DNA of 63,723 nt, counting the filler, from Octopus bimaculoides (Eukaryota), in the NCBI RefSeq assembly GCF_001194135.2. It is 6 parts of 6 records of this genome, joined end to end, with 100 filler letters (N's around TTAATTAATTAA, not from the genome) between each part and the next. Parts side by side here need not be neighbours in the genome. Positions count along the whole stretch, not along the records: positions 51,996 to 60,097 come from NC_068981.1; positions 60,198 to 62,309 come from NC_068989.1; positions 62,410 to 63,723 come from NW_026391965.1; 3 more parts are not named here. One strand, written 5' to 3'. Every line of letters starts with the position of its first letter. Within the stretch, counting starts at the first letter, position 1. Below the pieces are notes generated by a model, which was not told where the DNA came from, made no database searches, and saw nothing but the letters and a program-made list of their open reading frames with translations. This document shows, piece by piece, positions 53,034 through 63,723 of this stretch. Both the position numbers and the translations under genes were made by a program.

Positions 53034-53244
53034 AACTTTTACAAGATGGACGGCAGTGACTTACTTTCGAAGTTTCTGTCCTCTCTCTTCTTGAAAAAAC
53101 TTAATACACATGTACTCTAGAAAAAGTATTGCGTAATTCTTTATTTTGATCTTAAATTGTTTATATGTAGCTTCACGTATAACAAACATTAATTATATAT
53201 GTACACGTACGAGTGTGTGCGCATGTGTGTATGTGTGTGTGTAT

Positions 53245-53312
<68 letters not shown>

Positions 53313-53714
53313 ATATATAGATATATGAGAGTGTGTGCTCGCTCGTGCGTGCGTGTGTGTGTGGGTATGTGTCAGTTGCTTCGTGTTTTCTAATAAATAT
53401 TCCAAGAGTTTAACACTTTTATCATCATGTAATATTCTTGTTGAAATAGCGAATAATTTAGCCCAATATATTCGAACTGACAAATACCAGCCCTGCCTCC
53501 CCAAAATATTTATGAAATTCTTGGGCACCACCTCTTGTTTTTCTTTTTTTATAAATAAAAACAAAATAGAATTTATTTACATATATTTTGTCTTCATTCG
53601 TAATAGTACTGGACATGTTTAAAATGATGGAAACAGTAATTTTGTATGTTGACTGGGTCATCATGCGAATAATAAACACGCGTATAGATTCTGTTACTTC
53701 TTTTATTATTATTG

Positions 53715-53950
53715 TTATTATTAGTCAATTCGTTAGCATTTGATCATTTGATTAATCGATTGTTTGATTAATCTTTTGGTCAATCAATCAGTCAGCTAGA
53801 TTTGTAGCCATTCACGACCTCATCAATTATATGACTCTCTGTTCCATGTGTGCTAGCAGACAAACCTAGACGATTGATTGATGGACCGACAGATTAGTCG
53901 GACAATCGATTAGGTAATTTGTTAAATGCTAACAAATTGACTAATAATAA
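53715..53950. mobile_element. Foldback MITE-like hairpin (~236 bp)
   Basis: ~48-bp imperfect TIR (53715-53762 and 53902-53950) plus further internal inverted similarity. Confidence 0.7.
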
Positions 53951-54329
53951 AATTAGGGAAATAGAACCACTGAATGTGTTTATTTTTGTCATAATGATCC
54001 TCCTGCGAAACAACAAAATATGTTTCAGCACACGAGTTCTTATCAAGAATCTTGCAAACCAAATGTAAAAGCCAAACCACATTAATTTTATGAAACAAGA
54101 TGATTTGAGTTTCCTCATATCTGTTTATCTTTCCTCTGCGTGAAACACTGTTCTACACTCCGGGTTCTATATGCAAAGTTGGGCCTCCCAACTTTGATAC
54201 ACCAAAGACTTTTTTCCTAAATATACGTTACTGAGAATGTGCTGCATCTAATATGTTCGTGTGTCTTTTATGCCATTAAATACGATAATTTATTTATAGT
54301 GAATATAAAACTAACATAGAACTGTGAGT

Positions 54330-54660
54330 AGAGGCGCAATGGCCCAGTGGTTAGTTGTGAGTGTTTATTGAGCGAAAACACCTAAAGCTCCACGAGGCTC
54401 TGGCAGTGGGATGGTGGTGAACCCTGCTGTATTATTTCACCATAACTTTCTCTCGCTCTTTATTACTGTTTCTGTTGTACCTGTATTTCAAAGGGCCAGC
54501 CTTGTCACACTGTGTCACGCTGAATATCCCCGAGAACTACGTTAAGAGTACACGTGTCTGTGGAATGCTCAGCCACTTGTACGTTAATTTCACGAGCAGG
54601 CTGTTCCGTTGATCGCATCAACTGGAACCCTCGACGTCGTAAGCGACGGAGTGCCAACAA
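54330..54660 (+). mobile_element. SINE family B with a deletion in the tRNA head
   Basis: gaggcgcaatggcccagtggttag is joined directly to ttgtgagtgtttattgagcg. Confidence 0.8.
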
Positions 54661-54739
54661 GAACTGTGAGAAAACATTACCGCACCGCATCACACTCCTC
54701 CCCACTAAATATGAGTAGCACAATGTTAAAGCCTTCAAA

Positions 54740-55260
54740 GTAGCCCCAAATGCTGGACTTTGCAATCACTGAGGATCTCTCTTGGCGAAAGCACATTCTT
54801 AGCTTAGATAGAACTGCATCCTAAGGACTAGCTTTTTCTGTAAGGCCAGAAAATATTTCAGCCCCCAACAGCTGCCTATACTTTGTAAGGACTACAGTTT
54901 AATACTGTTCCCAGATTTGGTACTATGCTGTTGCTACACACACAGAGATATCCCAGACAACATTACGTGAAGGTCAACACAGTTAAATCCACTCACTAAC
55001 TGAAATTTCATTCCGGTTGCTTGCATTCGCGATCCTGTTACTGTGGTCTCTGCCTAAGATGCCTGACCATGAGCATGGTAAGCACAAAAACCGAACTGAA
55101 AATAACCATTTCTCTGATGATCTAATATTGAGGCCAGCGCACAATTACACTAACTCCGGTAATTCTAACATCAAATTCAGCTTCTTGCCTTCCATCATTC
55201 GTGGGAATGATCTCAAGACATTTAAACTTCTCTGTCTCTTTATAATACATATTGAGTTGC
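54740..55260 (+). mobile_element. CR1/Jockey-like LINE RT C-terminal remnant
   Basis: AITEDLSWRKHI, KARKYFSPQQL and DLKTFK motifs, with stops and frameshifts. Confidence 0.5.
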
Positions 55261-55799
55261 GCTAGGTTTCTTTGAGACAACTAATATCTCAGACTTCTCA
55301 ACATCAATTTTCTTTCTTGCCTTGCAGCACTCGGTAGCAAACTATATAACTCACGCTGAAAACCACCTTCGATCCTCCGCAAATATCAGCCGACTGATCT
55401 GACGGCCACCTAACCATTTATCAATGGAAACACACACGCACACACACATACACACACACATACACACACACACATATATTTTAAATTTGCTTACGGGAAA
55501 CGTTTTGAATATGTAAATAAAGCTTCCATTCCATTATGCCGGCCATAGTCTAATGATGCTGACTGGTGAACCAGTTTTTGGAGTTGCATCGCGCTGTGCA
55601 GTGTAATCACCCCAGGAATAGAATACGAACTGTGATCTTAAGAGACATGTTTGGGACAGAGAGGCAAAGGCATGTACCATCATACAGGTAAGCTTACCTG
55701 TATGATGCTCTGTGACTTTTGATGCTGAAATGATACAACATCTACAGATATCTGAATCACGGTTTCAAGCGTGAGTAAATATTAAAGAAAATTATCTCT

Positions 55800-56700
55800 T
55801 ACTTCGTATTTTCCAAAAACGAAATTTAAATCTTTCATTTTCTATAAGAAAGCATAATTTAGTTACTTGGCAGATATCTCCGAGAAATTAAGCAACTTGA
55901 ACAATCAACTCCAAGGGGCAATAACTCTTGTTGATGCAAAAACAAAGATTTTGGGATTCACTACATTTTAGAATTATGCCTAACATTTCTACAAGAAATT
56001 TCAATCGATTTTACTTGTTGAATCAATATGAGATAACTAATACTGCTACAGACATAATTGTTGAACTTTTGAAAATGCTGATAAAAGACTTCAATGACAG
56101 ATTTAGTGATTTACAGAAAATGAATGTTCCTTTTTAGTTAACTCAACCATTGCTAGTAGACATCTCTGAAGTTCCAATGCAGTTCCAAGAAGAGTTATCA
56201 GAATCGCAACATGATGAATCAGTGAATAATTTGTTCAAAATGAAAGGTACCAAGATGTGACTATTTGAGGTAGTTGAAAGTAAACACCCTAACACTGTCA
56301 TTTCAGCAAAGGAACTTCTCATTAATTTCTCCCTGTTTCATTTAGCTGAGTGTGGCACTAGTATTGTTGGCGATTTTGCTTCAAGCCAAGAGAAACAGAC
56401 TTGAAATTACAAAACGTGGTGATTTACGGCTAAAGCTAATAAAATTGTCTCTTCGAATCAAGGAAATCATCAGCAGTTTCCAAACACAAGGTTCCCATTA
56501 AAGTCATCCACATTTTCTATCATAGTCAATAATGTACTTCTTTTTGTACTCAGTACTTAATAAATGAATCACCAGTAGTTACTGTAGTATTAATTGTGAT
56601 AAAATATTAAAAATAAAGTTGATTTTTTTCCAGCTACTGGTTGGGCATACATTTTTCTGAAAAGTTATTGTGGGCCTAGGGTAAAATAAGCTGGAAAATA
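55800..56700 (+). mobile_element. hAT (Charlie/ZBED-like) transposase C-terminal remnant
   Basis: YLADISEKLSNLNNQLQG and KRNRLEITKRGDLRLKL, a dimerisation-domain-like end. Confidence 0.75.
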
Positions 56701-56775
56701 CTTATATATAAGACGAAGACAGGTGTATAAACAACAAACGAGTATATTAGTTTAACGCTCGGGAAGGTGAGAAAC

Positions 56776-56814
56776 TCTTTTACGTTTCGAGCCTACGCTC
56801 TTCAACAGAAAAGA
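56776..56814 (-). ncRNA. Minimal hammerhead-like motif with variant core CUGUUGA, in a short repeat element (~56703-56930)
   Basis: Minus strand reads UCUUUU CUGUUGA A GAGC GUAG GCUC GAAA CG UA AAAGA, giving a perfect 4-bp stem II and a palindromic ACGU stem III. Confidence 0.55.
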
Positions 56815-57157
56815 ACACGAGAAAATAAACAGTGAGAGAATAGAAAAGCTTTTGGACCTATCAGTCAATCATGGTACTCCAACTCCCTCTGGTGAGAGAT
56901 AGATATTATTTTGTAAACACAATATATGTTTTTATGTGCTGCTATTAGTTTCATGTGGTAAGAGCATGCCAGGCAATATTTTTCAACACGTCTGGTGTCC
57001 TAGCACAATCATCAGGCACAGCCCACGTGGCATAATGAACAATGATGATTATGCTAGGACACCAGACGTATTAAAAATGCTGTTTGGCATGCTCTCAGCA
57101 CATGAAACTAGTAGTAGCACATAAATACATATTCTGTATTTATTAAATAATATCTAT

Positions 57158-57229
<72 letters not shown>

Positions 57230-57613
57230 NNNNNNNNNNNNNNNNNNNNNNNNNNNNNNNNNNNNNNNNNNNNNNNNNNNNNNNNNNNNNNNNNNNNNNN
57301 NNNNNNNNNNNNNNNNNNNNNNNNNNNNNNNNNNNNNNNNNNNNNNNNNNNNNNNNNNNNNNNNNNNNNNNNNNNNNNNNNNNNNNNNNNNNNNNNNNNN
57401 NNNNNNNNNNNNNNNNNNNNNNNNNNNNNNNNNNNNNNNNNNNNNNNNNNNNNNNNNNNNNNNNNNNNNNNNNNNNNNNNNNNNNNNNNNNNNNNNNNNN
57501 NNNNNNNNNNNNNNNNNNNNNNNNNNNNNNNNNNNNNNNNNNNNNNNNNNNNNNNNNNNNNNNNNNNNNNNNNNNNNNNNNNNNNNNNTATATATATATA
57601 TATATATATATAT

Positions 57614-57910
57614 TTAAATGATAAAGTTCTGGAAAGTTTTACAGATTTTTACAGTTCCAGTGATGGATTGGACCTGTAGTCTTCGAATTACCTTTCTCCT
57701 TTCTGGTTTTGAGAAGCCTAATTTCTCAAAATTGGTATTTAGGCAGTGTATTACATATCCCTGAGCCCCAATAATTACAGGTATAAAACTGAACTTGTAA
57801 TCTAGATAGAGTAACTGCAGATTTCACAATAGTTCAGCGCAGGTGTTCTCTTTTTCATTGATCTTCAGCTTAATTTTAACATCCGTTGGGCAGCTATTTC
57901 CCACAACTAT
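57614..57910 (-). mobile_element. RLE-type (R2/NeSL/R4 group) retrotransposon C-terminal fragment ending in (TA)n
   Basis: Minus-strand NLQLLYLDYKFSFIPVIIGAQGYV...ITGTVKICKTF, followed by a stop that runs into (TA)n. Confidence 0.7.
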
Positions 57911-57929
57911 GCACCTTTATGTATGTATG

Positions 57930-57963
<34 letters not shown>

Positions 57964-58377
57964 TGTATGTATGTATGTATGTATGCATGTATGTATGTAT
58001 AGAATTACGACCGTTTCGCAACATGCATGCAGTTTTAATTTCAGTACACAAGAAATTATACGTACGTGTTTGCTTTAATATGTCTGCTCAGCATTGTTTA
58101 TTCAAAAATCCCCATAAAAAAAAAAAACATTTGCAGAAAAGCAATCGATAAAAAATATGCTTCAGTTAGGAAAATGTGTTTTCCAGTATTTGTTCTTTTA
58201 TTCATATTTTGTGTAATTTACTACGAGAAAATTTGTTATATCTGCTGGAGATTAACAGCCCCATTCGGACGTTCTTTCACCCAAACATCTTTCACTCAGT
58301 GTTTGTTACAAAAAGTGCAAAAAAAAAAAAAAAGATAGCGCTGATATTATTACCAGTAATGTAGATATGGTATATTT

Positions 58378-58427
<50 letters not shown>

Positions 58428-58562
58428 TGCCTCTCTGTCCCTCCTTATAATTAAAGGATTTGAAACAGACGAGTTTGAATCGTAATAAATACTTAATTCC
58501 TAAATTTAGTTTATTTTCCCTCGTGCAAATTAAGATATACGTATGTATGTATGTATGTATGG

Positions 58563-58594
<32 letters not shown>

Positions 58595-58699
58595 TTTAAT
58601 ATGAATATATATGTGTATAATATGTATATTTATGTAGGTAAAACAGGTTTACTCCCACATATATAGGAATATAAGGAAATTGTTTTGGGAGTTGCTCAT

Positions 58700-59098
58700 T
58701 TACTCTTTTATTTGTTTCAGTCATTTGACTGTGGCCATGCTGGAGCACCGCCTTTAGTCGAACAAATCGATCCCAGGATTTACTCTTTGTAAGCCTAGTA
58801 CTTATTCTTGCGGTCTCTTTTTGCCGAACCGATAAGTTACGGGGACGTAAACACGCCAGCATCGGTTGTCAAATAAATGATGATGGGGAGAGGGGGGACA
58901 AACACAAACACACAAACATATACATGTATACATATATATATACGACGGGCTTCTTTCAGTTTCCGTCTACCAAATCCACTCACAAGTCTTTGGTCGGCCC
59001 GAAGCTATAGGAGAAGACACTTGCCCAAGATGCCACGCAGCGGGACTGAACCCGAAACCATGTGGCTGGTAAGCAAGCTATTTACCACACAGCCACTC
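58700..59098 (-). mobile_element. tRNA-derived SINE family A
   Basis: Reverse complement of the 52008 family. Confidence 0.85.
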
Positions 59099-59864
59099 AT
59101 GCATGCGCGCGCGCGCGTCTCTGTGTGTGTGTGTGAGTGTACACACATACACACACCACACACACGCACCCCCCCCCCCACACACACATTTCTAAGGAGT
59201 CGAAATATAATTTGCTCAGGGCGCCAGTAAACTTGAAATCAGCCCTGTGCCTATTAAACGTAGATACTCTAATACTAGTTTAATGGATCGATCCAATCGA
59301 TTTTTCTCTCGTTCCCAAATTTATGGACTTGTGCCTTTCTTAGAAATTTTTATTACGAACAGCTTAAAACTCTCATAACATGAAATAACTTTAAAAAAAC
59401 AAAACAAAAAGAAAAACGAAATAAAAAAATGTTGTTATGATTAAAATTACAGCGTCTATTTCTATAAAATTAGCTAAGATTCTGTGTATTAGTCAGGGGC
59501 GTTTAGTGCATCTAAGAACTATCAAATATATATCCTATACTAGGTTAGTGAACAGGCGTTACATCTCAGGTCAATGAGTGCGCTTAGCTGACTACTGTCT
59601 CTGGAGTGTAATGATAGCATCTGTAACAGGAAGAGAATCGATTAATATTGCTGTACAGTTTCGGTAAACAAAATCGGTATATTTAGCTTAAATTATTATC
59701 AACTTAGAAGGTACATGCAGAATATTCTACTAGGCATGGAAAGTACAGAGTAATTAGAACCGTCTAGGAATAAACACACCCACACACGCATCCACACGCA
59801 CACGCGCGCACACACACACACACACGCGCGCGCGTTTGTGTGTAAATATGTAAGTATATCTATC

Positions 59865-59888
59865 TATATATATATAAATGAGAATGTG

Positions 59889-59935
<47 letters not shown>

Positions 59936-60097
59936 GTGTGTGAATCCCTAAAATTCGAGAACTACGCAACCAATTTCATTCAAATTTTACACATGTCTTA
60001 CTTAGGGTTCCAGTTGTGTTTTAGTAAAAACATTTTTTAACTTCTTGCAGAGTTCGAGCACACGGCAACATAATATCTCTTCCACTATTTAAGTATT
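59865..60097 (+). mobile_element. Non-autonomous Helitron-like (DINE/Lep1-type) 5' part
   Basis: tctatatatatataaatgagaatg, a (TGTC)n tract, then aactacgcaaccaatttcattcaaattttacac. The 3' end falls in the gap. Confidence 0.55.
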
Positions 60098-61649
60098 NNN
60101 NNNNNNNNNNNNNNNNNNNNNNNNNNNNNNNNNNNNNNNNNTTAATTAATTAANNNNNNNNNNNNNNNNNNNNNNNNNNNNNNNNNNNNNNNNNNNNCCC
60201 CATCACCAATGACATCATCGATGCCATGGACCAACAGTACCAAAAGCACCGCCCCCACCAACACAACTACCACCAGCACCACAGCCACCACCACAGACAT
60301 CACCCTGCTGCACTGATACCACAACCACTATTGTCACCATCACTATTAATATTACCACCACTACTAACACCAATACTACAACGGGGACCTTCACCTTGAC
60401 CCCTAGCTCGATCCCCGCCCTTTACCATTACTACTGTGACATCAGAAACACAAATACGGCCAGAACCACCGCCAGCACTACCACCAGTTCTGTAATCACA
60501 ACCACTACTCAACCTGCTAAAAATAGCAGCTAAAATTCCTCAAATCCTTCCCATCTCATAATCATTTTTGAAAATAGCACACTTGGAAAAAGTAGTCTTA
60601 GATATACTGTGACTGAATAGCAGGACAGGATGATCAAGGTTGCTCCGCGTTTGGCCATAGGTTTGACCTGGGGCTAAACACTAACAACTACCGCCACACC
60701 AGCACTAGCAATAACAACACCAACCATCATCATCATCATCATCATTTCCACCACCATACCACCACCACCATTACCACCACCATACCACCACCACCACCAT
60801 CACCACTACCACCACCGCCGCCGCCGCCACCAGCAGCATCAGCAGCAGCAGCAGCACCACTACCACCACCACCACCATNNNNNNNNNNNNNNNNNNNNNN
60901 NNNNNNNNNNNNNNNNNNNNNNNNNNNNNNNNNNNNNNNNNNNNNNNNNNNNNNNNNNNNNNNNNNNNNNNNNNNNNNNNNNNNNNNNNNNNNNNNNNNN
61001 NNNNNNNNNNNNNNNNNNNNNNNNNNNNNNNNNNNNNNNNNNNNNNNNNNNNNNNNNNNNNNNNNNNNNNNNNNNNNNNNNNNNNNNNNNNNNNNNNNNN
61101 NNNNNNNNNNNNNNNNNNNNNNNNNNNNNNNNNNNNNNNNNNNNNNNNNNNNNNNNNNNNNNNNNNNNNNNNNNNNNNNNNNNNNNNNNNNNNNNNNNNN
61201 NNNNNNNNNNNNNNNNNNNNNNNNNNNNNNNNNNNNNNNNNNNNNNNNNNNNNNNNNNNNNNNNNNNNNNNNNNNNNNNNNNNNNNNNNNNNNNNNNNNN
61301 NNNNNNCACCACTACCACCACCGCCGCCGCCGCCACCACCACTGGGGGGGGAAACCAGTCGATTAGATCGACCCCAAGACGCAACTGGTACTTAATTTAT
61401 CGACCCCGAAAGGATGAAAAGCAAGGTTGACCTCGGCGGAATTTGAACTCAGAACGTAAAGACATCACATGTATTAGCTCCACAACCGTCACACCGTCGG
61501 CTGCACCTCTAATTGGTCGTCCGACCAGCTGGAAATAGCAGCCAAACTCCTTCAAAATCAATCTGAACCATCTTAGAAAGTTTGAAGAGTTCACGATGTC
61601 GTCCTGGTTTTCCTGCGTGCAAGGATGGAGAGAGAGAGACAGAGAGAGG

Positions 61650-61694
<45 letters not shown>

Positions 61695-62047
61695 TGAGAA
61701 GGGGAGAGAAAGGGAGAGGGAGAGAAATGGAAGTGAGAGAGAGTAGGAGAAAGAGAAAGAAAAAAGAAAGTGAGACAGAGAGAAGAGAGAAAGAAGGTAA
61801 GAGAGAGAGAAAAAGAAAGAGAGAGAGATAGAGAGACAGAGAAAAGAGAGAGAAAGAAAAAAGAAAGTGAGAGAAGGAGAGAGAAAGAGAAGGAGAGAGA
61901 GAGAGAGACAGAGAGACAGAGAGTGAGAGGGGAATTGGTAAGTCAAGGCTTGGACTGATTTTGATCACAGGTCTGTCTGCTCGATCAGCGCTGACCTGGG
62001 GCTAAAAATAACAACCACAACAGCGACACACGGCAACAACAAACAAC

Positions 62048-62079
<32 letters not shown>

Positions 62080-62409
62080 CCAACAACACGTCCCTCGCCA
62101 TCGTAAATTGTTCATCGTCGACTGTAAAAAAAAGCAAACAAACGATTATCACTTGTGCGGTGAACCGTTCAATCTGATGTTTCGGGAATTGTAGAAGTAT
62201 CTGGTGGCGGCGGCGGTGGTGCGGTGGTGGTGGTGGTGGTGGGGCGTGATAGATCAAGTGAGGAAAAGGTGGGAGTGGGGGAGGAGGTGGAGGAGGAGGA
62301 GGAGGAGACNNNNNNNNNNNNNNNNNNNNNNNNNNNNNNNNNNNNNNNNNNNNTTAATTAATTAANNNNNNNNNNNNNNNNNNNNNNNNNNNNNNNNNNN
62401 NNNNNNNNN

Positions 62410-62440
<31 letters not shown>

Positions 62441-62810
62441 TGGCTCTCATGGCTTCTGATTTTAACTGACTGGAAGTGTTATCATGTTCATTGCTTTGTC
62501 TTGATATAAAAGGGCTACAGCAAATATTTGGTTCAATACCACAAATTTGCTTATCAGTTGTTTGACCTTAACCAGTTGAGCATGTCCCTTGTTGGTTGAT
62601 ATGTGCATCTCTTGTCACGAGCAGAGGTTGTGGGGGAGCATCATAGCCATGTGTTGAGAGAAGTTCTCTGGGTTTTGAATAATTCACCTATGTAAACGTG
62701 GATGTTTCGTTCAACATCCTTAATCAGCCCTTAAACAGGACCCTTTTGAGCAGGATGGGCTATTCGACCTGAAGAAAATTCTAACTGGGCCCCAGGCGCT
62801 CTCTCTCAAC
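62441..62810 (+). mobile_element. Element E, copy 3 (5'-truncated, 3' part deleted), preceded by (TAA)n
   Basis: Colinear with the reverse complement of ~20610-20970. Confidence 0.8.
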
Positions 62811-62914
62811 AACAACAGCAACATCAACAACAAAAATAATGATGATAATAATGATAATAATGATAATGATAATGATAATATTGATAATGATATTAATTAA
62901 TTAATTAATTAATA

Positions 62915-63010
<96 letters not shown>

Positions 63011-63143
63011 CACCTACATGAACTTCTTAGGCATAACACCTACATGAACTTCTAACTTGTTGTCTCTTGAGGTCTCTGGGTGAGACTTGGATCCAACTTG
63101 TACAAATGCAAAACAAAAGTCAAGCATAAAATAATAATAATAA
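63011..63143 (+). mobile_element. Very short R4/Dong-like 3' UTR tip between TAA tracts
   Basis: Flanked by (AAT)n on both sides. It carries a 17-bp duplication cacctacatgaacttct and gaggtctctgggtgagacttgg, resembling the 3' UTR at ~47815. Confidence 0.45.
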
Positions 63144-63723
63144 CACTTGCATCATGTATGGACATGACAAAGCAAAAAAGTGAGCGATAATTATTGAGGG
63201 ACATAGGTTGGTATTTTTCTCCTTTTAAGCAGTATACTCCGGCCAAATAGTATCCAAGTGATGTTGATAACAAGTGTGGCATTGAAGTTTTCTTTTTTGT
63301 TTTAATGCGGAGGTTACGGTTATTCATCCATACGTTTAGGTAAAGTTTGATTATTAATTTAGTGAATGATAACTCTAATTCAAGTTCAGTGTATTATGAG
63401 AAACTGCATTTAGTAGCTTGCAAGTATCTTGATAATCTTTCAGAAATCCTATTAATGAGCTTCTCATTAGTCCACAAAATGGACAGCGGTTCCACAGAGC
63501 ACGCTCTGCATCTCCCGAAAAGGACATTGTGCGTTTGGGCATGGCTTATTATGGACCAAGAAAGATCATATTTAATCTTAACCGCCTTAAGTTGCAAACA
63601 CAGTATCAGCCAAAGATGTTGAGTGTCTCTTGTTTATTTTATTGAAACCGGTAACATGGTTTCAATATCATTTCTTGAAAGAATAAACCGTTGCAACTAT
63701 TGCAGACGTAGGGTCCTCCTATA

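Overview
AT-rich, gap-ridden eukaryotic sequence dominated by microsatellites and transposable elements. The repeat landscape resembles a cephalopod (octopus-like) draft assembly; this is inferred, not proven. No intact protein-coding gene is recognisable, and most long ORFs in the track are read-throughs of microsatellites or N-gaps. The window holds Dong/R4-type retrotransposon fragments with a restriction-like endonuclease (RLE) sitting in (TAA)n tracts, several tRNA-derived SINE families, Tc1/mariner, maT, hAT, MULE-like, MITE and Helitron-like DNA elements, and Penelope-like (GIY-YIG) fragments. Two observations stand out. (1) A full-length U6 snRNA retrocopy (20995-21101, minus strand) is joined through T6-AAT to the 5' end of a ~555-bp (TAA)-tailed non-coding retroelement, inside a stack of microsatellite-targeted insertions. 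(2) There is a set of minimal type-I hammerhead ribozymes: one has an intact core (16085-16148), one sits in a ~354-nt retrozyme-like unit, and a variant CUGUUGA core recurs in two different elements. All alignments and folds were done by eye, and boundaries of degenerate elements are approximate.
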